Counted from the first letter of the stretch, positions 36,379 to 46,570 are shown. The stretch is DNA of 55,871 nt from Fibrobacteria bacterium (GCA_043766615.1 JAYUHW010000011.1:1-55871); one strand, 5' to 3'. Notes: generated by a model not told the origin, from the sequence alone. Numbers and translations are program-made.

Positions 36379-37656
36379 ATGCTGGACCCACGTTTATACC
36401 GCGAAGAAGTCGATAAAATCAGGTTGGGATTGGAACGACGTGGGGCCAAGATCGATCTCGACGTCATGGTCCATTTGGATACAGAGAAGCGCAAGTATAA
36501 TCAACAGCTCGATCAACTCAAATCTGAGCGCAATGCGGCCTCTGAGAAAATCGCACAGATGAAGCGAACCGGCCAAGACGCCAAGGTTGAAATCGAAAAA
36601 ACCCGTTCCTTGGGCGATGCGATTAAAGCCATACAGGACAAGTTTGATGCACTGGAAGTTCGGTTTCGCGACCTCGCCCTTGTGGTTCCCAATCTCCCCC
36701 ATGCCTCGGTTCCCGATGGACGGTCCGCCGCTGACAATAAAGTGGTGCTGGAATGGGGACAGAAATTTTCGGGTCCAAAACCCAAAAATCACTTGGAGGT
36801 AGGCAAGGAATTGGGCTTGTTCGATTTTGAACGCGGCGCAAAAATTTCCGGGAGTGGCTTCCCAATCTATACTGGCCTAGGGGCTCGTTTGGAACGCTCC
36901 ATGCTTAACTTTTTTCTCGACTTCCACACCACTTATCATGGTTTTACGGAAATATCCCCGCCTGTGTTGGTCAATCGAGCGGCCATGATCGGAACGGGGC
37001 AACTGCCGAAATTCGAAGAAGACATGTACCATGTGACTGCGGATGATCTGTACCTGATTCCAACCGCGGAAGTGCCGGTTACCAATATGCATGCCAATGA
37101 AATGTTGGATGCCTCGACTTTGCCGATCAAATACACAGCATACACAGCCTGCTTTCGGCGCGAAGCCGGTTCTTGGGGCAAGGAAACGCGTGGCTTTTTG
37201 CGCCTGCATCAGTTCGACAAAGTGGAAATGGTGATGTTTACCGATCCCACAAAGTCTTATGAAGCACATGAACATATCCGTGCCTGTTCGGAAGCCTTAC
37301 TTCAAAAACTGGGCCTGCATTATCGCGTCCTTGAACTGTGCACGGGGGATTTGGGTTTCGGAGCGGCAAAATGCTATGACCTTGAGGTTTGGGCGCCTTC
37401 TGAAGAGCGGTGGTTGGAGGTGTCCTCCATTTCCAATTTCGAAGATTTCCAAGCCCGACGCGCCGGCATCCGTACTAAAATCGACGGTCGCGCGCAATTT
37501 GTGCACACACTGAATGGTTCTGGCTTGGCGACACCGCGGGTTTTGGTCGCGTTGCTGGAAACCTATCAAACCGCCGATGGCGGGTTACACATCCCGGAAG
37601 TCTTACAGCCTTACATGGGTGGGTTGACTGAGATTGTGAAGAAGAAAAAAGGTTAG
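36379..37656 (+). CDS. serS: Seryl-tRNA synthetase
   Basis: MLDP start after GGAGG; TGQLPKFEEDMY, LIPTAEVP, FRREAG, RLHQFDKVE, EVSSISN, HTLNGSGLA. Confidence 0.98.
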   Translation: MLDPRLYREEVDKIRLGLERRGAKIDLDVMVHLDTEKRKYNQQLDQLKSERNAASEKIAQMKRTGQDAKVEIEKTRSLGDAIKAIQDKFDALEVRFRDLALVVPNLPHASVPDGRSAADNKVVLEWGQKFSGPKPKNHLEVGKELGLFDFERGAKISGSGFPIYTGLGARLERSMLNFFLDFHTTYHGFTEISPPVLVNRAAMIGTGQLPKFEEDMYHVTADDLYLIPTAEVPVTNMHANEMLDASTLPIKYTAYTACFRREAGSWGKETRGFLRLHQFDKVEMVMFTDPTKSYEAHEHIRACSEALLQKLGLHYRVLELCTGDLGFGAAKCYDLEVWAPSEERWLEVSSISNFEDFQARRAGIRTKIDGRAQFVHTLNGSGLATPRVLVALLETYQTADGGLHIPEVLQPYMGGLTEIVKKKKG

Positions 37657-37675
37657 GACAGGACGAGGATATCTA

Positions 37676-39007
37676 TTGGCTGCCAATAAATCCTTCGCCA
37701 AAAGCGCCTTGAAAATTCTTCAAGTGCGCCGCTTCAATGGGTGGCTGACCACTCTGTCCTTAGCCAACATCAAGTATGTCATGTTTGTCAGTGCGCTGGC
37801 ACTCCTGGCTTGTTTCACAATTCTCAATCAAATATTCATCAGCAGCTTAAAAGGCCAGGCGCTGCAGATCAATGACAAAGAGGCGCGTCTTTATGCGGTT
37901 GCCATTGCCGAACAGTTGAACCGCGACGAAATCAACGTCATTTTCAATGAAATCGTACGCAAATCCCAGGTCCCCATGGTGATTACGGACAACCAGAATA
38001 TTCCCATCAATTGGAACAATATCAGTTACAAATTTTGGAGTAAAGGCAAGGGTAAAATCGCCCAAGTCGCGTTCAACTTTTTGACCAAACCGGAGCAGGA
38101 ATTTATGCTAAGGCTGGTCACGAAAATGGATCGAAAGAACAAACCATTGGAACTGGAAGCAGAAGGCCACACTTTTGGTTACCTGCATTATGGTGAGTTC
38201 GGTTTGGTGAATATTTTGGCATGGATGCCTATCGCGGAATTCGTGCTGATCTTTCTTTTCGGATTCATGGGATATTTCGGTATTACCATTATCCGCTCCA
38301 ACGAACAGAGCCTGCTCTGGGTAGGGCTCGCAAAGGAAACAGCGCATCAATTGGGGACGCCTATTTCATCTTTGCTGGGCTGGATCGACTTTCTAAAAAT
38401 GAAGCTGGAAGGCACCCCAGATTCTGAAAAAAATTTGCGGCTATTAGGGGAGATGGAAAGCGACATCACCCGCCTCAACCGTGTAGCCACCCGATTCTCG
38501 CAAATTGGTTCCACTCCTGAGCTCAAAAAACAAAATCTGAATGATATAATAAAGTTCACGTCCCACTACTTTCAATCACGCCTTCCTCATCTGGGGAAAA
38601 AGATTGTCATAGAAATGCATCTCGACGAATTACCGGAAATATGGGTTAACCGGGAGTTAATGGGTTGGGTCATCGAGAACCTCATTCGCAATGCCGTGGA
38701 TTCCATTGAGGTGGAAGCGGGTGTCATTTCCATTACCACCCGGTACGTGGCCGATGAAGAAAATGTCCATATTTCCGTAACGGACAACGGCAAAGGCATT
38801 CCTCGGGATCACATCAAACATATTTTCAACCCCGGTTTCACCACCAAAAAACGGGGGTGGGGACTGGGCTTGTCCCTGGCCAGGCGGATTGTTAATGAAT
38901 ACCACAATGGAAAAATCTATGTTGAGAAAAGCCAGAGGGACATTGGCACCCAATTCGAAATCGTCTTGCCGTTGGCGGCAGAAGGAAATTCAAGGAAAAA
39001 ATCATGA
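37676..39007 (+). CDS. Membrane sensor histidine kinase
   Basis: Two TM segments; H-box AKETAHQLGTPISSL; ENLIRNAVD, DNGKGI, FNPGFTTKKRGWGLGL. Confidence 0.95.
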   Translation: MAANKSFAKSALKILQVRRFNGWLTTLSLANIKYVMFVSALALLACFTILNQIFISSLKGQALQINDKEARLYAVAIAEQLNRDEINVIFNEIVRKSQVPMVITDNQNIPINWNNISYKFWSKGKGKIAQVAFNFLTKPEQEFMLRLVTKMDRKNKPLELEAEGHTFGYLHYGEFGLVNILAWMPIAEFVLIFLFGFMGYFGITIIRSNEQSLLWVGLAKETAHQLGTPISSLLGWIDFLKMKLEGTPDSEKNLRLLGEMESDITRLNRVATRFSQIGSTPELKKQNLNDIIKFTSHYFQSRLPHLGKKIVIEMHLDELPEIWVNRELMGWVIENLIRNAVDSIEVEAGVISITTRYVADEENVHISVTDNGKGIPRDHIKHIFNPGFTTKKRGWGLGLSLARRIVNEYHNGKIYVEKSQRDIGTQFEIVLPLAAEGNSRKKS

Positions 39008-40572
39008 CAAGTAATGGCAAGCGGCTGCTTTGGGTGGATGATGAAATTGAATTCCTCCGCGCACATATCATGTTCATGGAAGAGCATGGCTATGAAGTCG
39101 AAAAAGCCACCAATGGTGACGATGCCGTGGCGATGATCAAAAGCAAAGCTTACGACCTAGTCCTCCTCGACGAACAGATGGCGGGAAAAGACGGTCTCAG
39201 CACCCTTGAGGAAATCAAGGAATACGACAGCAGTATTCCCGTAGTCATGGTGACCAAAAGCGAAGAAGAGCGTTTGATGGAGGCGGCCCTTGGTCGTAAT
39301 ATCAACGGCTACCTCACCAAGCCCGTTAATCCTTCTCAAATCCTTTCCGTCTGCAAGACCATATTGCATTCCCGGGCCATACGCAGCAATCATATCACCT
39401 CTGCTTATGTTCGGGAACTTGCGGAAAACAAATCAAGCTTGATGACCAATCTCCAGCCTTCAAAATGGGAGAAAATTTATTTTTCCCTTTCCAAGTGGGA
39501 CAATGACTTAGCCATGGTTTCCGATCCTGGCCTGGAAGAAACCCATCAGGGTCAGAAAAAAGAAGTCGCCAAGAAGTTCATCTCGTATGTCGAAGAACAC
39601 TATGTTTCCTGGTTCGGAAAAAAAGGTGGCAACCCCAACCTTTGTACGCAAACCTTAAAACGCAAGGTGATTCCCATTCTCAAGCGTGGTGACAAAGCCT
39701 GTCTTTTGGTTATGGCCGGATTCCGCATGGACCAATGGCTTGCCTTGCAACCTTTGTTGGAAACCTATTTCAAAGTGGAAAATGCCATTTCCTGGTCCAT
39801 GCTCCCCAGCGAAAAGACCAATTGCCGCGTGGCCCTTTTTTCCGGGCAGAGTCCCCGCGAGGTAAGCCTCAACCAGCCCCAGCTTTGGAAACAAATGCAG
39901 GAAGAGGAACAGAAGACCCCTTTTGAACGCGAGCTCCTTAAGATCAATCTCCGTATCAACGGCGCGGATGTAGAAGACCCCAAAATCGTCCATTTGCGTG
40001 GTCCGGAAGACAGCCAGAAATTAGCCGATGAGATCGACAAATACTCGGAGGACAAACTCATCACAATTGTCGTCGAATTTTTCGACATGCTCAATCAGCT
40101 TCGACTTGAGAGCCCGCTGATGAAAGAAATTGTAGCGGACGAAAAAGGGTTTCGAGAACTCGCCAAGGTTTGGTTCAAATCGTCCAAACTGTTTGAGATC
40201 CTTAAAATGTTTTCCGAGCGCAACCGCCATGTCGTGCTGACCAGCGATCACGGCACGGTTTTAGTGGATACCCCAGCAGAAGTTTTTTGCCAGGAAGAGA
40301 AAACGCCCAACCCCAGAGTAAAGATTGGGCGCGATATCTCCTGCGATGAACGGCATGCTATTTTTGTCGAGACTCCAGTGCAATACGGGCTTCCCGGTGA
40401 AGTGGGCGAACTAGCCTATGCCATTGCCAAGGACCATTACTATTTCGTCTACCCCAACAAATTCCAGTACTTTGTAACGCAGTTCAAAGGCCAAATGGTT
40501 GGAGGCGGCCTGTCCATTGAGGAACTGCTGGTGCCACTCGTTACTCTGTCGCCCAAGCAGGAGACCCTGTAG
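39004..40572 (+). CDS. porX: PorX-like response regulator (REC + PglZ/alkaline-phosphatase-like domain)
   Basis: LLWVDDEIEFL, LLDEQM.GKDGL, VMVTKSEEE, YLTKPVNPSQI, FRMDQW, TSDHG, YFVYPN, GG.SIEELLVP; followed by tsaE as in Bacteroidota. Confidence 0.85.
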   Translation: MTSNGKRLLWVDDEIEFLRAHIMFMEEHGYEVEKATNGDDAVAMIKSKAYDLVLLDEQMAGKDGLSTLEEIKEYDSSIPVVMVTKSEEERLMEAALGRNINGYLTKPVNPSQILSVCKTILHSRAIRSNHITSAYVRELAENKSSLMTNLQPSKWEKIYFSLSKWDNDLAMVSDPGLEETHQGQKKEVAKKFISYVEEHYVSWFGKKGGNPNLCTQTLKRKVIPILKRGDKACLLVMAGFRMDQWLALQPLLETYFKVENAISWSMLPSEKTNCRVALFSGQSPREVSLNQPQLWKQMQEEEQKTPFERELLKINLRINGADVEDPKIVHLRGPEDSQKLADEIDKYSEDKLITIVVEFFDMLNQLRLESPLMKEIVADEKGFRELAKVWFKSSKLFEILKMFSERNRHVVLTSDHGTVLVDTPAEVFCQEEKTPNPRVKIGRDISCDERHAIFVETPVQYGLPGEVGELAYAIAKDHYYFVYPNKFQYFVTQFKGQMVGGGLSIEELLVPLVTLSPKQETL

Positions 40573-40573
40573 A

Positions 40574-40993
40574 CTGGGTATCAAAGAAATAATTTCCAAC
40601 TCGGAAGCCGAGACTTTGGAATGGGCCATATCCTTTAGCCGACAACTCCTACCCGGAGATACGGTTGGCCTTATCGGAAAATTAGGCGCTGGTAAAACTG
40701 TTATATGTCGTGGAATCGCAACGGGTCTGGGCTTTAACGGAAATGTCCATTCCCCTTCGTATGCCTTAATCCATGAATATCCCTGTAGCATTCCGCTCTT
40801 CCATATGGACCTGTACAGACTTTCGCAACAATCGGATTGGGAGGAAATCGGGCTCGACCATTATATGGAATCGCAAGGAATTTGTCTGATAGAATGGCCC
40901 GAGCGACTTCCAGGAATTATCCAGCTAAAGTACCGCATTGAAATCACAACGGTGAACGAAACAAGCCGAAAAATCCGAATTACAAATCCTTGA
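40574..40993 (+). CDS. tsaE: tRNA threonylcarbamoyladenosine biosynthesis ATPase
   Basis: GKLGAGKT, VHSPSYALIHEY, HMDLYRL, LIEWPE; start uncertain (CTG 40574 proposed; the ORF-track start at 40499 lies inside porX). Confidence 0.93.
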   Translation: MGIKEIISNSEAETLEWAISFSRQLLPGDTVGLIGKLGAGKTVICRGIATGLGFNGNVHSPSYALIHEYPCSIPLFHMDLYRLSQQSDWEEIGLDHYMESQGICLIEWPERLPGIIQLKYRIEITTVNETSRKIRITNP

Positions 40994-41011
40994 AGACTAA
41001 AGAATTATTCT

Positions 41012-41443
41012 TCAGAATGTTTTGGGTTTTACGGAGTCCAACCAAAGACTGTCTTCCGGCGAGAGCAGTTCTGGAAAAGGCAGGCTACTCAATTCCTGAT
41101 TGATTCCAGTGGAATCACCTGCCGCGACCTTGGCTTTACACTTTTGAATCATTGCTGCTTGCATCTCGCGGATGTTTTCTACAGTATCGAGACGAGCATA
41201 AATGGTGCTGTCATCGGCAGTAGTCAGGTATTGGGCGGATTTGAGATCTTCATATACTTTGGCCGCCGCTTTGAGGTTTCTGGCTTTAAAGAGCACTTCG
41301 GCTTGCTGAAAACGGCTTAAGGAAGACCGTTTCTGGAATTGATAAAACGCGGTAAAGCCACCCACCACGGCAACCAGCCCTATTCCCACCACCCAATCCC
41401 AGAAAGCGGATTGTTTGGTTTCCTCTTTTTCCAAAAAACTCAT
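41012..41443 (-). CDS. Membrane-anchored helical (TPR-like) hypothetical protein
   Basis: TM WVVGIGLVAVVGGFTAFY, then FQQAEVLFKARNLKAAAKVYE. Confidence 0.75.
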   Translation of the reverse strand: MSFLEKEETKQSAFWDWVVGIGLVAVVGGFTAFYQFQKRSSLSRFQQAEVLFKARNLKAAAKVYEDLKSAQYLTTADDSTIYARLDTVENIREMQAAMIQKCKAKVAAGDSTGINQELSSLPFPELLSPEDSLWLDSVKPKTF

Positions 41444-41498
41444 GCCGGGTCCCTTTCCCCTGCTTCTTCCCTAGTACGGGAAAATTCAGATCAACCCG

Positions 41499-42173
41499 TT
41501 AAAATAGTAAAAGGCGCCGCTGCCATCGATTGAGTCGGGGATTTCGCCAGGAAGTGAAGAATCGATACCCCAGCGAAACCCATGGGAAGGTCAAGACCGT
41601 GACGGCTGCAAAAACCAAAGCCTGTAAGCCGGTGAAACCACTTGTGAGGTTTAGTTTTAACGAACCGGGCTTTTCATTGAATGCGTACTCAATGGGACAG
41701 CGCAGCGGCAAGAACAATACGGACAAGGAAGACCAAACGGCCGCGATTTTACCCAAGGAAAGGACATCCTCCATGCCAATATGCATAGACTCCAATCTGA
41801 AATGCAATAGTCGAAAGGTACGGCGACCTGTTTTGGTCAGGTAAAGGAATAGAATTCGCCAAACTTTGGGATCCAAAGCGAACTTCAAAAGTACCCGTCT
41901 TAAATGTTTTTGGATGGATTTGATTTGAAACTGCCAGCTTACCGGAATGCCCACAAAACCTCTTTGGGAGACAAGCGAATTTGGTGTTCCGGTTGAAACT
42001 GGACGGGAACGGCTAGGCCCCGAAAACTGCCAATGGATCCAATAAAATGAAACTCCAGCCGTAAATACAAAATCCTTGGGTGAACAAAAAGCCAGGGCCA
42101 TATTGAATTGCAGCGCATGTGCAAATAGACAGCAGGCGGCAAGAATGGCAAGGGTGAGGTAAACCCAAGTCAT
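41499..42173 (-). CDS. Hypothetical membrane-associated protein
   Basis: 224-aa ORF in operon context between mlaC-like and 41012; hydrophobic termini. Confidence 0.6.
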   Translation of the reverse strand: MTWVYLTLAILAACCLFAHALQFNMALAFCSPKDFVFTAGVSFYWIHWQFSGPSRSRPVSTGTPNSLVSQRGFVGIPVSWQFQIKSIQKHLRRVLLKFALDPKVWRILFLYLTKTGRRTFRLLHFRLESMHIGMEDVLSLGKIAAVWSSLSVLFLPLRCPIEYAFNEKPGSLKLNLTSGFTGLQALVFAAVTVLTFPWVSLGYRFFTSWRNPRLNRWQRRLLLF

Positions 42174-42181
42174 AGCAGGGT

Positions 42182-42868
42182 TCAGGGCTTAGGAGCAGCG
42201 GGCTTTTTAGTTAGCGAGGCGGCCTTGGGTGAAGCGACTCCTTTTTCCGACTTGGTTTTCATATTGTCGGCCGGTTTGCCTTCCGAAGCACCCGCCCCCT
42301 TTTTCTCCAGTTTGGCAATTAAGCCATTCATGTCGGAAGTTTGCAGGATTTTACGGAATTGTTCCCCGTAATTGCGGGAAGTGCTCAAGTCATCGATGAC
42401 GAGGTCCCAAGCCTTCCAAGTGCTGTCATTAGACTGTAACTTATAAGTTACGATTGACTCTGTGCCCTTGGAGAAAACATGGCTGGTTACGTTGGCCTTG
42501 CCGGGTTGCAATTCAGGAGCGTCGTAAGAGGTGGAGTCGCTTTGATACACCTCAAGTTTTTTGACCGATGCGTTTTCGACCATGCTCTTAAAGGATTTCA
42601 CAAAACGGGATTGCTGATCCGGCGTCATGGTTTTCCAGATTTCTGGGCCTAATGCGCGTTTGCCTAATTCCTCAAAATCAAATATGCCATTGATGAGAAC
42701 CTTCAATCGATCGGTTTTTTTTGCGGATTCTTTGTCCCGGAGCATTTTCTGCAGTTCCGCATCTTTTTTCTTGATGATAGCGACGGGATCACCGGGGGCG
42801 GCTGAGGTTAACGCCACAAAAGCGAATCCGGTAAGAGTCATCAGAATTTTATATCTCGAACCGAACAT
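42182..42868 (-). CDS. MlaC/Ttg2D (HpnM-like) periplasmic lipid-binding protein
   Basis: FDFEELGKRALG..WK..TPDQQSRFV, WKAWDLVIDDLS..RNYGEQF..IL...GLIAKL. Confidence 0.88.
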   Translation of the reverse strand: MFGSRYKILMTLTGFAFVALTSAAPGDPVAIIKKKDAELQKMLRDKESAKKTDRLKVLINGIFDFEELGKRALGPEIWKTMTPDQQSRFVKSFKSMVENASVKKLEVYQSDSTSYDAPELQPGKANVTSHVFSKGTESIVTYKLQSNDSTWKAWDLVIDDLSTSRNYGEQFRKILQTSDMNGLIAKLEKKGAGASEGKPADNMKTKSEKGVASPKAASLTKKPAAPKP

Positions 42869-42913
42869 GCAAACACTCCTTCTAAAAGAAACCGCCTTTC
42901 GGCCCGTTTCCCG

Positions 42914-44425
42914 TTATTTCTGCGTCACCTTGGGTTGCAAACTATTAATATAGTCCGACAGAGTCCATCCCACGGATTTGAAGACCTTGGCAACGGCCAT
43001 GTTATAATTCAATATAGACTCGAAAAAGTCTTTTTTGGCCGATAATACGGCTCGATACGGGCCGAGCAAATCCTTGGCTGACCCAGGGTCAAGGTCATAT
43101 TTCATCGCCGCGGCCTTGAGCCACGCTTCTGCAGCGCGCAAGGATTTTTGACTTTCGGTAACGTTATTACGGAGATTAAGCATCTGAATGTATTCGTCTT
43201 GCATTTTAAGCAAAAGCCCACGGGCCGCATAGGTTTCCGTGCGTTCCAGCTGGGTGAGTTCAATTCTTTCCTTGCGTACTTTTTCATAACGCTGCCAGAA
43301 GTTGAGATTGAGGCGGACGCCCAGTCCTCCAACCGCGGTGATCTGATTTAAAGGATCGCGGGCAAAAGGATCGCTGCCACCCGATTGCCTATCCGTGGAC
43401 CACGCTTTGGTGTAGTTGAAGTTGCCGAACAAAAAGATGTCCGGTCCCATTTCACCTTTGGCCACACGCACCAGTTCCCGCCGTGCTGCAAGTCCATTGG
43501 TGAGTCGTTTAAGGTCAGGATGGTTGAGCAAAGTCAACATTTTAAGAGTGTCCAGAGAAGGAATCACTTCCGGTCGTAAAGCCAGAATGGTGTCCTTTGT
43601 CGCCACACGCTCGGAGTCGGAAACCAGGAGCATAAAGTTCATACCAAGATGTGCCCGCGCCATTCCTAGTGCCGCTTCGCCCTTGGCTTTTTCTAAAGTA
43701 AACCGCCCGGCTTTTAATTCCAATAGATCCGTCTGCTTTACGCTTTCGTCCCCATCGTCTAGCATCTGCTCCATTTTTCTTTGCGCTTTATCCAATTCAT
43801 GGGAAGCCTCTTTTAGCGTAGAGAGCATCGTACCCGCATAAATACTGCTGTAATAAAATTTCTGCGCCTCTTCTGAGACGTCCATCCGTTCCTTTTGAAA
43901 CTCGGCTTCAGAAACTTGAATTTGCGCAAAGGAGGCCCGGTGACCAGCACGATACCTGGACAAATTCAGGGGTTGCACGGCGGAAACTTCAATGCCAAAA
44001 AATGGGCCCCAATCCCCAAAGTCATAATCCTTTTGGTATTGGCTTATGGAATGCTCATTTCCGTCCGTTCCCAGAAAATGTAGGCTGGTGGTATCAAGCA
44101 CATATCGCAGACCTGGGGCCGGTCCCACGCCAGTTTGCACCATGAACTTGGGCAAAAGGCTGGACATTTCGAGCTCATGCATGCTCTGCTGGGCCTTTTC
44201 AATGTTCAACTTTTTCTCATGGAGAATGGGATTGCTTTCCTGCGCCCGGCGTTCCATGGCGATACAATCAAGCACTAAGACGCTGGAAAATGAGGAATCG
44301 GGAATTTCCGGTTTAGGCGGTGAAGACTCTGCACGCGCAATGGCCGGGAGGCTGGCTAAAATCATGACTGCCTGAAATGCCATTGTAACAAGGGCGGAAA
44401 CACGAAGGTTAACGGTCATACACAT
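42914..44425 (-). CDS. TolC-family outer-membrane protein
   Basis: Signal peptide; two helical/beta repeats (LLPKF..., VQPL, HPDLK, GPDIFL), C-terminal YNMAVAKVFKSVG. Confidence 0.85.
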   Translation of the reverse strand: MCMTVNLRVSALVTMAFQAVMILASLPAIARAESSPPKPEIPDSSFSSVLVLDCIAMERRAQESNPILHEKKLNIEKAQQSMHELEMSSLLPKFMVQTGVGPAPGLRYVLDTTSLHFLGTDGNEHSISQYQKDYDFGDWGPFFGIEVSAVQPLNLSRYRAGHRASFAQIQVSEAEFQKERMDVSEEAQKFYYSSIYAGTMLSTLKEASHELDKAQRKMEQMLDDGDESVKQTDLLELKAGRFTLEKAKGEAALGMARAHLGMNFMLLVSDSERVATKDTILALRPEVIPSLDTLKMLTLLNHPDLKRLTNGLAARRELVRVAKGEMGPDIFLFGNFNYTKAWSTDRQSGGSDPFARDPLNQITAVGGLGVRLNLNFWQRYEKVRKERIELTQLERTETYAARGLLLKMQDEYIQMLNLRNNVTESQKSLRAAEAWLKAAAMKYDLDPGSAKDLLGPYRAVLSAKKDFFESILNYNMAVAKVFKSVGWTLSDYINSLQPKVTQK

Positions 44426-44639
44426 TTTTTCTTGAGCCAGGTAAGCCTGTATTTCATTATTAGTTCGAATCTAGTGACTATTTTGTATAAAATAATGCTT
44501 GGAATCGATGATTTTCGAAACTAGGACACTTTCGCTTCATCCGACCTCAAACTCTGTCGAAGGATTTTCCCCCGGCAGCATCAGAAAATTATAATTATAA
44601 CGAAGAGAGCGAGCTTTTGGGAGATGACCGGTAGGAAAT

Positions 44640-45707
44640 GTGAAAGTTAAAGAAATCGAACTACCCGCTGAAATTTCCCCGGAATGGATTTCCAAGGAAA
44701 ATGGCAGCTTGCTGGCAACCTCAGCCGGTTTAACCGTAAGGCTGAATTGCCGCCAACTTAAGCGGTTGGATTCCCTCTCTTTAGCCTGGTTCGTACGCCT
44801 ACAAAGCAACTTGGAAAAATTGGGCGGTCAATTGATCCTCGCCAACCTTTCAGAAACGTTGCAAGCGGAATTGGCAAAGGTTTCCGTATCAGAACCCGGT
44901 CAAGTTGAAGCGCTGAAGCCACTCAGATTGACTGAACAGGTTGGAGACACAGCTTACAAACTTCTGGAACAGGTTAGGGACACGTTAGTCCTTCTGTCTG
45001 AATCCCTTTATTGGTCTACGCTGGCCGTTTTCCGCCCCAAAACGTTGCAACGGTCCGATATTGTCAATCAGTTGGTTCGATTGGGCAGCAGCGCTTTACC
45101 CATCACTTTGCTGCTTTCAGGATTGATTGGTTTCACCCTTGCATTGCAATCCGGTATCCAATTGCAAAAATTTGGCGCTACGATATTTCTGGCCAGCGGC
45201 ATAGGTATCAGCATGGTTACGGAAATCGGTCCCGTGATGACAGCCGTCATCATGGCAGGTCGTTCTGGAAGTTCCATCACCGCCGAAATTTCCACCATGG
45301 TGGTGCAAGAGGAAGTAGGGGCCCTACATGCCATGGCCATTAATCCCATCCACTATCTGGTCTTGCCCCGGTTCTGGGCCATGAGCTTGGCCATGCCCCT
45401 GCTTACGGTCTGTGCTTCCTTGGCAGGTATCTTTGCTGGACTTGCGGTGGGCATGCTGTTTTTCCGCCTGTCTCCGATAGCTTTCTTATCGGAACTAAGG
45501 GGCGCAATCACTCTGAATCTAATAGGACAAGCCCTGATCAAATCCTTAACTTTTTCCTGGATCATCACTTTGGTAGCCATAAATCGGGGATTAAACGTAC
45601 GTGGGGGGGCGGATGCTGTGGGTAAAGCCACCACTTCCTGCGTGGTCACGTGTATCTTTTCCATTATACTTGCAGACGCCGTTTTTTCTTTCATCTTTTA
45701 CTATTAG
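44640..45707 (+). CDS. mlaE: MlaE-family ABC permease with N-terminal STAS-like domain
   Basis: LKRLDSLSLAW (STAS), EIGPVMTAVIMAGRSGSSITAEI, INPIHYLVLPR, GGADAVGKATT. Confidence 0.92.
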   Translation: MKVKEIELPAEISPEWISKENGSLLATSAGLTVRLNCRQLKRLDSLSLAWFVRLQSNLEKLGGQLILANLSETLQAELAKVSVSEPGQVEALKPLRLTEQVGDTAYKLLEQVRDTLVLLSESLYWSTLAVFRPKTLQRSDIVNQLVRLGSSALPITLLLSGLIGFTLALQSGIQLQKFGATIFLASGIGISMVTEIGPVMTAVIMAGRSGSSITAEISTMVVQEEVGALHAMAINPIHYLVLPRFWAMSLAMPLLTVCASLAGIFAGLAVGMLFFRLSPIAFLSELRGAITLNLIGQALIKSLTFSWIITLVAINRGLNVRGGADAVGKATTSCVVTCIFSIILADAVFSFIFYY

Positions 45708-45720
45708 GCATGAGGCTAAC

Positions 45721-46533
45721 ATGATGGCAAATCCGCAAGGATATCCGGAGACCAAACTCAAGGTTGTCAACCTGAAGGCGGGGTATGGCGGAAAAACTGT
45801 CCTTGAAGATGTGAGTATGGAAGTTACCACAGGTGAAATCCGCGTCATCTTGGGAGCCTCCGGTTGCGGCAAGTCCACGTTGTTGAAAAACGTGATTGGA
45901 TTGGAAAAACCGCTCAGCGGCACAATCAGTTTATTCGGGCAAACCATAGATTGGTTCGACGGGAAATCCACCACTGTCATGATGAGAAAAATTGGGGTGC
46001 TGTTTCAGGGAGGTGCCTTACTCTCGTCGCTTTCGGTAGGGGAAAATGTGGCCTTGCCACTGCGCATTCACAATCCCGAACTTCCCCTGGACTTGGTACA
46101 GGATTTGGTACAATTAAAACTGGAACAGGTAAAATTGGGCGGTGCCTATCACAAACTGCCGAATGAACTCTCCGGAGGTATGCGCAAACGAGCCGGCTTG
46201 GCCCGTGCCATCGTAACAGATCCGGAACTGCTGTTTTGTGATGAACCATCTGCGGGCCTGGACCCGGTAACCTCTAGGGAGCTGGACGATTTATTGCTCG
46301 AATTGAAGGATACTCTGGGCATTACCATGGTAGTGGTCACTCACGAACTGGATTCCATCAGGACCATAAGCGACAACCTCACCTTTCTTTCGAATGGCAG
46401 GGTTATCTTTGATGGCGCCTTCGCCGCCGCTGAGTCTACAGGGCCACAAGAGGTTCGGGATTTTCTGGCTCGAAAGAGCGCCATGAGCACACGCTCGGCA
46501 AAGCAAGTGCATTTTACCCTGGAGAATACATGA
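45721..46533 (+). CDS. mlaF: MlaF-family ABC ATP-binding protein
   Basis: GASGCGKST, LFQGGALLSSL, LSGGMRKRAGLARA, CDEPSAGLDP, VVTHE. Confidence 0.93.
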   Translation: MMANPQGYPETKLKVVNLKAGYGGKTVLEDVSMEVTTGEIRVILGASGCGKSTLLKNVIGLEKPLSGTISLFGQTIDWFDGKSTTVMMRKIGVLFQGGALLSSLSVGENVALPLRIHNPELPLDLVQDLVQLKLEQVKLGGAYHKLPNELSGGMRKRAGLARAIVTDPELLFCDEPSAGLDPVTSRELDDLLLELKDTLGITMVVVTHELDSIRTISDNLTFLSNGRVIFDGAFAAAESTGPQEVRDFLARKSAMSTRSAKQVHFTLENT

Positions 46534-46570
46534 ACCAGCCGACAAGGCCAAAAACCAAGGGATACTTGCC

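Noticed and set aside
44458-44474. T-arm-like ATTAG-TTCGAAT-CTAGT suggesting a tRNA
   Set aside because: No acceptor stem, D-arm or anticodon arm can be formed in the flanking sequence.
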